From Gracilinanus agilis (taxonomy: Eukaryota), in the NCBI RefSeq assembly GCF_016433145.1, contig NC_058133.1, positions 476,105,058 through 476,169,057 of the forward strand: 64,000 nucleotides of DNA. The letters run 5' to 3'. How positions within the stretch are numbered: the first letter of the stretch is position 1; each line of letters opens with the position of its first letter. The notes under the pieces are model-generated. The model was not told the DNA's origin and ran no database searches. It was given only the letters and a program-made list of their open reading frames with translations. This document shows, piece by piece, positions 23,616 through 34,315 of the stretch. The translations under genes were made by a program, and so were the position numbers.

Positions 23616-24169
23616 AAGTGATGGCAAATCTTTTAGAGACAGAGTGCTGGGCTCTGCCCACCCCCCAGACTAAGTCCCACACCACCCTTACTCCGTGGTT
23701 CCCCACTTACCCCAGACAGGGGAGGGAAGAAGCACTCCCATTGGGCTGCTGGGCAGCAAGCGGGTGATGAGAAGCTCAGGTGGAGAGGGGAGGAGAGTGG
23801 CCCGAGCACTCCGTTCCCCTCCAGCTACATACCATCCTGTGAGCTCTTCTCCCCTCAAACCTACCTTCTCTTCAACCCCACCACAGGAATCGCCTTCACC
23901 ATAGACTCATCAGGCATAGCTTCCTCCTTCCACCCCCCAATGCCTTACCCCAGACAGGGGACGGAGGAAGTGCTCCCATTGGGCTGCTGGGCATAGGGGT
24001 GGGTAAAGTGAGGAATGTCCTCGGATGCATGGAGAGGTGGAGGGGAACAACTTCACCTTGAGTCCCTTTGGCTTCTAATAATGAACTCTGGCAGAAGATG
24101 GCAGACATGCCCACAGAGAGGTCTCTGTGTGTCCTTTTTGGCACACATGCCATAGGTTTGCCATCATTG
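23616..24169 (-). mobile_element. hAT-family MITE, related to 21411-21725, opposite orientation, with internal duplication
   Basis: TIRs AAGTGATGGCAAATCT / AGGTTTGCCATCATTG; 8-bp flanks CCCTATGG/TTTTATGG; segment cttaccccagacaggg...ctcccattgggctgctgggca occurs twice. Confidence 0.75.
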
Positions 24170-25010
24170 TTTTATGGCCTTCAGGCACAAAAGCAACATG
24201 TTCAGTTTCACATTTAAAGCTCTTCTCCCTTTCCAGTCTTTTTACACATTATTCCCTGTCACATACTCTTCAGTCCAGGGACACTGGTAACTGACTGTTT
24301 CAGGAATGAGACATTCCATCTCTCAGCTCTGGGCCTTTTCCCTGACTGTCTCCTCTGCCTAAAATACTCTCCCTCTACAGTGTCCCCTTCTGACTTAAGT
24401 CTCATCTGAACTCTTATCTCCTATAGGAAGCCTTTCCCAACTTCCTTGATTTTAATGTCTTTTTTTCATTATTTCCAGTTTATCCTATATGGCTTATCTG
24501 TATACATTTGTTTGTTGTCTCTCTCAATAGATTTGGGTGCTCCTTGAGAGCAGGAACTGTATTTTGCCTCTTTGTATCCCTCCCGCTTAGCACAGTGCCT
24601 GGCACACAGTAGGCAACTTAATAAATGCTTATTGATTGCTTGATTGCCTACACTGTGAGGGTGTGGAAGATCTCATGGACTAAAATTCTGCAGAGAAATC
24701 AACCCCAAAGAAATGGGAAACTTAAGAATTAAATTCTGAGGACATAAAGGGAAATGATTCCAATAAACAGGAAAAATAGAAATTCCAACTTAGATTTTAA
24801 AAATATGTATAGGAAAGGGCAGGAAGGGGAAATAATAGAATGAATATAAAAGTGTGGACTCTGCTGGAGAAAACTGTCAAAAGCAAAAAAATGAGAATGA
24901 ACTAAGGCTGGTGAGAAAAGCTAAGAATAACAAGAGGTAAGGAAATTTGTTATTTGGGGGGGGGGGTTGATTCTGCTATATTAAAGGGATCCAGTATTTA
25001 AAAAGGAGTA

Positions 25011-25200
25011 GAGGATTGAGAATCAGGCCTGGAGACGGGAGGTCCTAGGTTCAAATCTGGCCTCAGACACTTCCCAGCTGTATGATCCTAGGCAAGTCAC
25101 TTAACACCCATTGCCTAGCCCTTTCCACTCTTCTTCCTTGGAGCCAATGCACAGTATTGACTCCAAGACAGAAGGTAAGGGTTTAAAAAAAAAAAAAAGG
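25011..25200 (+). mobile_element. SINE1 (5' trimmed)
   Basis: SINE1 body and A tail; AAAAGGAGTAG repeated on both sides. Confidence 0.8.
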
Positions 25201-25208
25201 AGTAGGAC

Positions 25209-25802
25209 TGTTGTGGGAGAAACACCCAAGTTTGTAGCAGGGTCTTGTCCCAAGAATGAGAGACTCAAACCTGTTCAGTCCAGAAGTAAGAAAATAATTT
25301 TATTTGAAGAATAAGAGGTTTAAGGTGATATAATAGCCTAATAGTTGTGTGGAATATTCTGGGGGCCAATCAGGTACCTCTGGGGCTTATGGGTAAGCCC
25401 AGGGACTAGTAGAGTAGCCTCTCTGGAGCTGATAGGATTGCAGCTCTCTAGGTGGGGAATAGCAGCTCCAAGAGTGGAATGGCAGCTCTATAGCCCTGGG
25501 CTGATGAAGTAGCCCAGCAGGTAAATGGAGTAGCAGCTCTAGTTGAAGAGTAGTAGCTTCATATGTGAAGTAGCAGCATCCTACTGTAGAGTAGCAGCTT
25601 CCACTCTCTGTGGATCAGGGTTGGCATAGTCTGGGGGCCAGTCACCTCTCCTGAAAACCCTGGAAAATAGACATGGCCAAATTCAGGTGAAGGTGTGTAT
25701 TGGGGTTTGACATGTACATCATAGGGAATAAGGAGCATGCATAGGTTTGGGGGATTCTTCTGGAATGCCAGAGCCCCAGCATGCAGGTTTCCTGATCCCC
25801 CA
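25209..25802 (-). mobile_element. Solo LTR-like element with internal AGTAGCAGCT tandem repeats
   Basis: TG...CA bounded block unrelated to the CR1 flanks; no clear TSD. Confidence 0.5.
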
Positions 25803-26750
25803 TTCTCTACCTTGTGTGAGAATTATAATTATTCAAATACTCCAACTATTACATTTAATAAGATTTATTACTAATAACTCGAAGTAAAATAAAAAGCCTG
25901 AGTAAAACCAGCCTCCCCAGCCATGCACACAGGAAAAAAAAAGAGAGAAAGAGGCCAAGTTACACACAACTATATACAAAATGTGACCACACAATGTGGA
26001 GGAGAGATTAAAAGGAATTCTGGGAAATACTAAAGGAATTCTGGGGAACATAGTTCAAAGATACAAAATTTCCACTTATACACTTGTCATCATTTGTCAA
26101 TGTGGAAGATATCTTGCTGCCCTTCTGGAATAAGAATATGGGGGGAAAGGATGCATTACATTGAAGGGCCACCATAGATAGTTTTATCTTACAGTTCCAA
26201 ACTAAAGTAAATATAGAATTTGTGAGTGATTAATAAAACAAATTAGGCATAAAGCTGATGCCCAGTTTAGAATATTACAGATCCAGTACACAGAATGGGT
26301 AACCGAGCCATCTGCAATTCATGCTTGACTAATGCTGAAACTGCAGATTTTGCATTTGATATTTAGCTAGTGCTAACTGGTGAGAAATGCAAGATTTCAG
26401 AGTATAAGGGTCCTTGTTCCTCTTATAAGCAATTAGGTAGTAAAAGATCACTTAGCTGCTCTAGATGAAGTCAAGACAACTGGCTCAGGTAAACTACATT
26501 ATTGGGTACTAAAAGAAATAGCAAGTATAATTACCAGTCCACTGTCAAAGATAATTAAAAGATCATGAAGACTAGGTAAAGTGTCATAGGAGTGGAGAAG
26601 GGAGAGTGTCCTAATTTTCAAAAAAGAGAAATGAATAAAGTCTGCAAACTATGGATAGGTAATTTATTCCTAGGAAAATGTTAGAATATATTAGGAAAAG
26701 TAATGATTAGTGAATAATCTCAAAGAGGAAATCTTCATCAAGAGCAGGTG

Positions 26751-26940
26751 GCTCAGTGGATAGAGAGCCAATCCTTGAAATAGGAGGGTCTGGGTTCAAA
26801 TCTGGTCTCAGAGACTTCCTAGCTCTGTGATCTTGGGCAAGTTACTTAGCCCCAATTGCCTACCCCTTACCATTTTTGTGCCTTGGAATCAATACTTAGT
26901 ATTGATTCTAAGGCAGAAGGTAAGAGTTAAAAAAAAAAGT
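26751..26940 (+). mobile_element. SINE1
   Basis: gcaggtggctcagtggatagagagcc head, GGTTCAAAT B box, A tail. Confidence 0.8.
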
Positions 26941-29900
26941 GTGGGGGGGGGCACCAAATGTAAAAGTCTTATATTGGGGATAAAAAATTGACATTAATAT
27001 AAGATGGAAGGGTAGGGTTAGACAACATTTGGAAAAAAAAGATCTCAAGGTTTCATTATGCTATTAGCCAACAGTGTGATATAGCAGCCAAAAAAAGCTA
27101 AAATGTGGCCTTAGGTTATATTAAAGAGAAATGTAGCTCTAAGCTTTTTGGGAAGAGATTATTTTCATAGTTGACAATGACATCTTGATAGATGGGAAAG
27201 AAATAGGGTCTCAACTTCATTGTAGCATTGTTGACAGTATAGATGGGGCTCACTGGTGGAGAAAATTGCTTCAGGACTAGCTAGCTAGATCCCTAGGGAA
27301 GGTGTAGTCTAGTAGAGAGGAAAGGAAAGTAGGCTTTTTTTATGTTCGTTGGATTAAATAAAACTGGACCTATATTTAATATTTGTTATCCTAAGTAATC
27401 ATGTGAGACCTCAGGAAAGATTCAAAAAAATCACTTAAAGGGTATGAATGTGGAAGCCTAAGTGAATTGTAATGGCAATTACATAACAAATTATTATATT
27501 GTAAAAGAAACTAGTGGAGGGGAAAATATAGAACTTGGTCTGGACATATTAAATTGGAAGTATGAGTGGACCTCTAGTGGAGGTATTTCAGTGGCAGTTG
27601 GAGTGCAGAAGACAAGTCAGGAAAGTGTTTTGGGCATCATCTGCATAATAGTAGTACTTGAAGCTGTAGAAGTTACTTAAATTACAAGATGAGGTACAAG
27701 GAAAGAGAAGGGTCAGACCCTTAAGAACACCCACATTTTAAGGGATTTATTCATTAGTGAAGAGAAGGAGGAAAACAAGAGAGGAGTTAAGAGATTTAGA
27801 TGATCAAAGAAATGTGGATTTTTTAAATTGGGGAAACCTAAGAGTACTTGTAGGTAGATGGGAAGGTACCAGATGTGAGAAGGAAGTTGAAAAGTCTTGA
27901 GAAAGTTAGAAGAAAAAGACTGCCAGAGCCAAGTCTCAGAGAAAACAGTTAGGAATAATAGAATCAAGATGGAATTCCCTGCTTCCAGTTAATTCACCAT
28001 AGGTCTGACCTTGTCATTATGCCCTACTCAAAAATCTTTAGTGACTCACTCTGGCTCATGGGAGAGAATGTAAATTCCTTAACCCAGTTGCTAAGCCTTC
28101 TCAATCTGGGCTCCTGCCCACCTTTCCATACTTATTTTATGTTACTCTTCTTCACTCAAGTCCCTACTACATGCCAGGCACTGTGCTAACTATTGGGAAT
28201 AGAAAGGAAAAAAAATGAAATCATCCTGACCTTTAAGAAGCTGATTATTTTCTGAGCTCTATAACTTACACATAAATACGTTTAGCAGAAGAAAAATTGA
28301 GGAGACAGTACTAACAACTGAAATTTTGTTTGGAGGGTGAATTTCAAGATTGTGATATATTTCTGAAAGATGGCAAATTCTAAACATTTTTGTGGATGCA
28401 GCTCAGGTAGCATAGAGTAATTGTATTATCAGCTATTAGAGGAGTTCTCATTATAAATATTGGATGATAGTAAGAGAAAGACCAATAAAATATTAACTGG
28501 AAAGATTGAAAGAATGACCTGGAGGTCCTAAATGATGAATGGAGGGAGGGAGGGAGAGAAAGAGAGGTGGATAAATAGCTAGACAGACCCACAGAGGTAC
28601 AGAAGAGACAGACCATCTATTAAATGCTTACTATATGTTTGGCACTGTGCTAAGCTCTAGAGTTATAAAAAAAAAAAAAAAAACAAGCAAATATGACAGT
28701 CCCTACCCTGAAGGATCTTACATTCTATCAGGGGAAGACAACACGTGAAGAGGACCTAAATAGTAGTACTCATTCCTGGGAGTAAGGTGGCAAGTGAGGA
28801 GAAGACAAGGTCTAGAGAGTGAGTTCAGGTAGGACTATCTGGGGTCCTTCCTAATATAGGAGGAAGAAGTCATCTACCAGGTGTGCAGAGCCTCAGGGTG
28901 GAAGTGTTTCCATGATGGCAGGGCAGCAAGTGAAGAGAAGTGAGTCCAGGCTTCAGTGGTAGTAGCTGCTTTCACAGACCTCCAAAGAAAAAAGACCATT
29001 GAGAGATGGTGATAGGATAGTAATATAGAAGTGGTCATGAGGGACACAAAGTTTCTTCCTAGCCTTGTGGTTTGGATGAGTAGGAGAAGGAATAACCACT
29101 AGGAGAAAGAATAGTAATACTAATAGTGTCTTTAGGAGAAACCCAGATTTCCATTCAAGTGAAGAGGTAGGCTATTATTTTTTTTTAAGTTTAAGCTTAT
29201 AGAAGAGTTTATTAATAATGGAACAGGGGTTCCAAAAGATCCACAGTGGTTCATAGATGAACCAGGTTCAAGGGGACTGTGGAAGAAGGTTAGTGATTAG
29301 AATATGGATTAAAGTTTGGGAGAAGGTAGTTACAGGCATACAATTTGTTCCAAGGCTTTATGACCAGGATTGGAGAGGTAGTAGAAGAGGGTATTAGATT
29401 GATATGGCATGTGCCTTTCTTTGGCAGAACCTGACCATTTAGAGAATTTACACTTAACCAGGCCCAGAGTTTGATATTTTATATGACTACATTATATTTC
29501 CCTTCCATGTAGTCCTGAGTTCATAGAACCAGTTCCTGGTGTTGGATGTTAAGACTTGAGTTTTAATTTTTAAAACTTTTTGAATGTTAATGAAGAGCAT
29601 GAATTGGCAGAGGACAAATGGAAAATTTTTTTCTCTTATCTATGTCTGTCCTTCACTTTGTGTGCATGGTTATTTCTCTACTTGTATATAATAAAGACCT
29701 AGAAGATGAGCAACTGTGGCTAAGATTTTAAAAGCTTCTTGCAGACAGAAATTCTTTTATTTCTTTTGTGTCCTCAATTACACCTCATATGACGTTATAT
29801 GTATAGTAAGACACAGTGGGCCTTCAATAAGTACTTGTGCACAGTAAGTAATTTCCTTTGCACATTAGTGTATGATTTGAAAACAAGCCCTTAGTAAAAG

Positions 29901-29965
29901 CTTTTTATTAATAAGTGCCTTTGTGTAGCTCTTATAACTCCTTCCCCTTTTTTTTTCTTTTCCAG

Positions 29966-30124
29966 GTTTTCCTTCAGAGATCCAACCTCACAGCAGAGTT
30001 GGACTCCTTCTGTCAAGCTCATGGCTATGATGCCCTTGTTGCTATGACTATCACTTTCAACCCTCATAATGAGCCAGTTCGGCATCTGGTGGTTTTCTGT
30101 CCTAGTGTGGACCTCCAGAGTACG
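29966..30124 (+). CDS. PRUNE1: PRUNE1 exon 7
   Basis: cag|GTT...ACG|gtgagt; [32 protein letters not shown]... Confidence 0.95.
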
Positions 30125-30418
30125 GTGAGTCTGTAGTCCTTCCCCCATATGTCTATCAAACCATAGGATTAAGAACTCTTTTTGCAGCCCTTTACCACTC
30201 TCTCAATGTAGAGCCTGATTTTTTTGTTTAGAATGTTGTGGAGTTTATAAGCTTGTCCTAGCTGTTGATGGCAGGAGAGGATACAATTGTGAGAATTAAA
30301 AAACAGTTTGTTCCCCTTTTTCTTGGTACCCTAAGATCAGTCTTGTGGGGGTTTCTCTAGTTAATTGGGTTTCCATTCAGCCCCCACCCTTTGATTGGGT
30401 TAAGAACAAGGCCTGAGG

Positions 30419-31883
30419 GGTTCCGGGTTAAGATGGCGGCAGAGTAAGAAGCAGCTCTTAACCTCTCCTGACCGAAACACACAAAACTCCTCAAGGGGAC
30501 ATAAAAACAAGTCCAGACGAACGGAGGAACCCCACAACAGGGCACAGCGTGGAAGGTACGTGGAATCGAGACATTTCCAGGCTAAAAAGGGCTCTCACTC
30601 ACTCAATCGCAGGCTGAGCAACCGCCCCACCCCCACCCCCTCCACACTCACCTATAGCTCCGAACCCAGCTAAAAAGAAATAGAGCAAGTTTGGGGCACC
30701 CATCGAGTCATCGGCAGCTCCGGGACCTGTTCCTGAGAGCAGCAAGACTTAGGACCCCATTAAGTCAAGAACACACGCGAAATCTGAGCGCACGGGAGCA
30801 GGACGCTGGGCGCGCGCCCGCTAAACAGAGGCGTGGGTGCTGGCTGAGCAGAGGCGTGGGCGTGGGTGGAGGCGGACACAGCCAGGAACTAAAGCCTAAG
30901 TGGGGAACCAGTGCAGACGGGTATACGACTGTGGAAGCAGCGCCCTGAGACTTGTAAAGAAACCTCCAGCAGAGGATCAAGCAAGGGAATCCACCAGGGG
31001 GCTTGACCTTGGAAAAAACTAGAACTCAGACCTCAGGACTGAGCGCGAGGATAAACCTGAGAAGCTGCTGGGCTAATGATGGCTAATCAGTTACAGGAAA
31101 TTCAGAAGAGAAAGAATAATAACAAAAAAAAGAAGTCTCTAACACTCGACAGCTTTTACACAGAGAAAATCCAGACAATTGAGCAAACAGAGGAGGAGAA
31201 CAAACAACCATCCAGACCCTCCCCAAATAAGGAAAACTCCTCACAAGCTATGGAAGAGTTCAAATCTGAGATTTTGAGGAAAATGGAAGAGATCTGGCAA
31301 GAAAACAACAGCTTAAAAGGTAGAATCTTGCAACTGGAAAGCGAGGCTCAGAAACCAAATGAACTGATAAGTAAATTGAACACAAGAAATGACCAGATTG
31401 AAAAGGAATACCAGAAGATTATGGCCGAAAACAAGAAGATTATGGCCGAAAACCAAAAGATTATGGCCGCTTACCAGAAGATTATGGCCGAAAACCAAAA
31501 CATTATAGCCGAAAATCAATCCCTAAAGGCTAGAATTGAGCATGTAGAAACTAATGATCTCTCAAGACAACAAGAACAAATAAAACAAAGCCAAAAGACT
31601 GAAAAAATAGAAGGAAACATGAAATATCTCAATGAGAGAGTGACAGACCAAGAAAACCGGTCTAGAAGAGACAATTTGAGAATAATTGGTCTTCCAGAAA
31701 AATCAGAAATTAATAAAAACCTGGACTCTATACTAACAGAAATAATTCAGCAAAATTGCCCTGAAGTCCTACAACAAGAGGGCAATATAGACATTGAAAG
31801 AATTCATAGAACACCTGCGGCATTCGATCAAGAAAGGAAAACACCAAGAAATATCATTGCAAAATTCAAGAGTTTCCAAGCAA
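30419..31883 (+). mobile_element. LINE-1, 5'-intact (5' UTR + most of ORF1) and 3'-truncated
   Basis: 5' end GGTTCCGGGTTAAGATGGCGGC; 17-bp TSD AAGAACAAGGCCTGAGG at 30402-30418 and 31884-31900. Confidence 0.92.
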
Positions 31884-31930
31884 AAGAACAAGGCCTGAGG
31901 CTTAACTGTATAATGAGGATGCCTCATTGA
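31076..31930 (+). CDS. L1 ORF1p, truncated after the RRM (last ~13 codons from the TSD and flanking LTR)
   Basis: Coiled coil, then ENRSRRDNLRIIGLPE, DIERIHRT, PRNIIAKF; uninterrupted 284-codon ORF. Confidence 0.85.
   Translation: MMANQLQEIQKRKNNNKKKKSLTLDSFYTEKIQTIEQTEEENKQPSRPSPNKENSSQAMEEFKSEILRKMEEIWQENNSLKGRILQLESEAQKPNELISKLNTRNDQIEKEYQKIMAENKKIMAENQKIMAAYQKIMAENQNIIAENQSLKARIEHVETNDLSRQQEQIKQSQKTEKIEGNMKYLNERVTDQENRSRRDNLRIIGLPEKSEINKNLDSILTEIIQQNCPEVLQQEGNIDIERIHRTPAAFDQERKTPRNIIAKFKSFQAKEQGLRLNCIMRMPH
31412..31515 (+). repeat. 21-nt tandem repeat in L1 ORF1 (heptad QKIMAEN, ~5 copies)
   Basis: CAGAAGATTATGGCCGAAAAC and variants in tandem. Confidence 0.9.
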
Positions 31931-31982
31931 ACCACCTAAGATTGATTTCAGGTCAACCCCATAACCTTTATGACTTTCTCAT

Positions 31983-32051
31983 AAGATATTAGTAAAAGCA
32001 TTACATAACTTTGCCATAGTTAAATCATAGGTTTAAAACCTATATGTCTTA
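31983..32051 (+). pseudogene. NUMT copy of mt tRNA-Asp with GCC anticodon
   Basis: Anticodon arm TAACT-TTGCCAT-AGTTA (32006-32022); T arm ATAGGTTT/AAACCTAT; lies directly before COX2. Confidence 0.88.
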
Positions 32052-32240
32052 TATGCCTTATCCTATACAACTAGGCTTCAAAGATGCCACATCCTCTAAT
32101 TTAGAAGAACTCATATTTTCATGACCACACATTAATGATTGTGTTCCTAATTAGGTCCTTAGTGTTATATATTATTGTTCTTATAGTTAAAACAAAACTC
32201 ACTCATACTAGCACAATGGATGCTCAAGAAGTAGAAACAA

Positions 32241-32443
32241 GGGGGCAGCTGGGTAGCTCAGTGGATTGAGAGCCAGGTATAGAGACAGGAGGTCCTAGGT
32301 TCAAATCCGACCTCAGACACTTCCCAGCTGTGTGACCCTGGGCAAGTCACTTGACCCCCATTGCCTACCCTTACCACTCTTCTGCCTTGGAGCCAGTACA
32401 CAGTATTGACTCCAAGACGGAAGGTGAGGGTTAGAAAAAAAAA
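32241..32443 (+). mobile_element. SINE1 in NUMT COX2
   Basis: 15-bp TSD AAGAAGTAGAAACAA at 32226-32240 and 32444-32458. Confidence 0.92.
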
Positions 32444-32492
32444 AAGAAGTAGAAACAATCTGAACCATCTTGCCAGTCATCATCCTCATCTT

Positions 32493-32640
32493 TTTAATCT
32501 TTTTTTTTTTAAAACCCTTGTACTTCGGTGTATTGTCTCATAGGTGGAAGATTGGTAAGGGTGGGCAATGGGGGTCAAGTGACTTGCCCAGGGTCACACA
32601 GCTGGGAAGTGGCTGAGGCCGGGTTTGAACCTAGGACCTC
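32493..32640 (-). mobile_element. 5'-truncated SINE1 in NUMT COX2
   Basis: 15-bp TSD CATCATCCTCATCTT at 32478-32492 and 32641-32655. Confidence 0.9.
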
Positions 32641-32704
32641 CATCATCCTCATCTTAATTGCTCTACCATTGATATGAATCCTTTATATAATGGATGAAAT
32701 TTAT

Positions 32705-32787
32705 TTAAAATTATTTTTTATTTTTAAATATTTTTCCATGTTTACATGATTCATTTTCTTTCTTGCTCCTCTTCCCTCCCCCCTCCC
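32705..32787 (-). mobile_element. Very short L1 3' tail in NUMT COX2
   Basis: 10-bp TSD TGAAATTTAT at 32695-32704 and 32788-32797; insert resembles the L1 3' end at 18200-18276. Confidence 0.8.
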
Positions 32788-33202
32788 TGAAATTTATAAT
32801 TCATATTTAACAGTCAAAGCCATAGTCCACCAATCATGTCAAATTATGAATACACCAACTATGAAGACCTCACATTTGATTCATACATAATTCCCACTCA
32901 AGACCTTAACCCAGGCCAACTTTGACTTCTAGAAGTAGATACTGAGTAGTTCTACCAATAGAACTCCCAATCCATATGATCATCTCATCAGAAGATGTCC
33001 TACATGCACGGGCATTTCCTTCATTAAGCTTAAAAGCAATAGAAGTTCCTGACCAACTAACCAAATCACTCTGACACATTAACTCGACCAGATGTTTTAT
33101 GGACAATGCTCAGAAATCTGTGGATCTAACCACAGCTTCATACCTATCATACTAGAAATAACTATACTAAAATACTTCAAAAAATAATCTTCCATAATGT
33201 AG

Positions 33203-33268
33203 TCATTTTTGAGTAAACTAAAATAATACTTTAAAGTATAAATGAGAAATTATATCTTCTCAAAAACA
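33203..33268 (+). pseudogene. NUMT copy of the degenerate marsupial mt tRNA-Lys region
   Basis: Between COX2 and ATP8; acceptor-like TTTTTGAG/CTCAAAAA pairing; anticodon region is the palindrome TACTTTAAAGTA. Confidence 0.65.
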
Positions 33269-33270
33269 AT

Positions 33271-33709
33271 ATGCCATGGGGACAGCTGGGTAGCTCAGTG
33301 GATTGAGAGCCAGGCCTAGAGACGGGAGATCCTAGGTAAAAATCTGGCCTCAGACACTTCCTAGATGTGTGACCCTGGGCAAGTCACTTGACCCACATTT
33401 GCCTACCCTTACCACCCTTCCACCTAGGAGCCAATACACAGTATTGACTCCAAGACAGAAGGTAAGGGCTTAAAAAAAAAAAAAAAAAACCCAATATGCC
33501 ACAATTAGATACTTTCACATGATCAATCCTTAACCATTGTATTAATAATTATCTCCCTATTCTGCACTTAGCAGCTTAAAATAAATGAACCAAAACATAA
33601 TGTCAGTTGTTCTTGGACAGAACAAACAAAAGCCCTAAAAATAACACTACCTTGAGAAAAAAAATGAATGAAAATGTATTTGCCCCATTCATCACACCTT
33701 CAATTTTAG
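33271..33709 (+). pseudogene. ATP8: NUMT ATP8 (SINE inserted after codon 2)
   Basis: ATGCCA|SINE|CAATTAGATACT = MPQLDT; overlaps the ATP6 start. Confidence 0.85.
33277..33491 (+). mobile_element. SINE1 in NUMT ATP8
   Basis: 10-bp TSD CAATATGCCA at 33267-33276 and 33492-33501. Confidence 0.9.
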
Positions 33710-34315
33710 GTATTACAACCCTACCTATCATCATTTTATTCCCATGTCTCATCCTAACATCCCCTAAATAATGATCACCAAATCACATTCAAATTCTACA
33801 AATCTGGCTAATCTGCTTAATTACCAAACAAATTATGACAATACAAACAAGCAAGGTTGAACTTGAGCTCTAATACTAATATCTCTAGTTCTCTTCATCA
33901 CCTTTACTAACCTCCTAGGCCTCCTCCTGTACTCCTTCACGCCAACTACACAATTGTCCAAAACATTGGAATAATTATCCCACTATGAGCAGGATTCCAA
34001 AATAAACCAAAAATATCTTTAGCACACTTTCTACCTCAAGGCACTCCCACCCCTCTAATCCCAATACTTATTATCAACAATTAGCCTATTTTTCCAACCT
34101 TTGGCATTAGACTTACAGCCAATATTACCACAGGACACCGATTTACTTATTCATCTAATTGGCTCAGCAACTCTAGCTCTCTCTTCAATCAGCATAACCT
34201 GACTCAACCTTTGCATTCACTATCCTATTCCTCCTGACAGTTCTTGAACTAGCGATAGCCATAATTCAAGCTTGTGTTGTCACACTACTAGTAAGCCTCT
34301 ACCTACACCACTTAA
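33664..34315 (+). pseudogene. ATP6: NUMT ATP6
   Basis: MNENVFAPFITP start; NLLGLLLYSFTPTTQL; [14 protein letters not shown]; RLTANITTGH; frameshifts. Confidence 0.9.

Larger units (their letters stand above)
24700..27130 (+). mobile_element. CR1/L3 LINE remnant interrupted by SINEs and an LTR
   Basis: 26515-26650 matches the CR1 RT pattern ..IA.PLS.I...SW..G.VP.DW....V.PIFKK in degenerate form. Confidence 0.6.
32053..33204 (+). pseudogene. COX2: NUMT COX2 (interrupted three times)
   Basis: MPYPxQLGFxDATS start; [12 protein letters not shown]; LLEVD; DVLHARA-like segment; frameshifts. Confidence 0.9.

Noticed and set aside
30419-31900. HAL1 (half-L1) element
   Set aside because: HAL1 elements carry a complete ORF1 and their own 3' tail; here ORF1 is cut before the CTD and meets the TSD directly.
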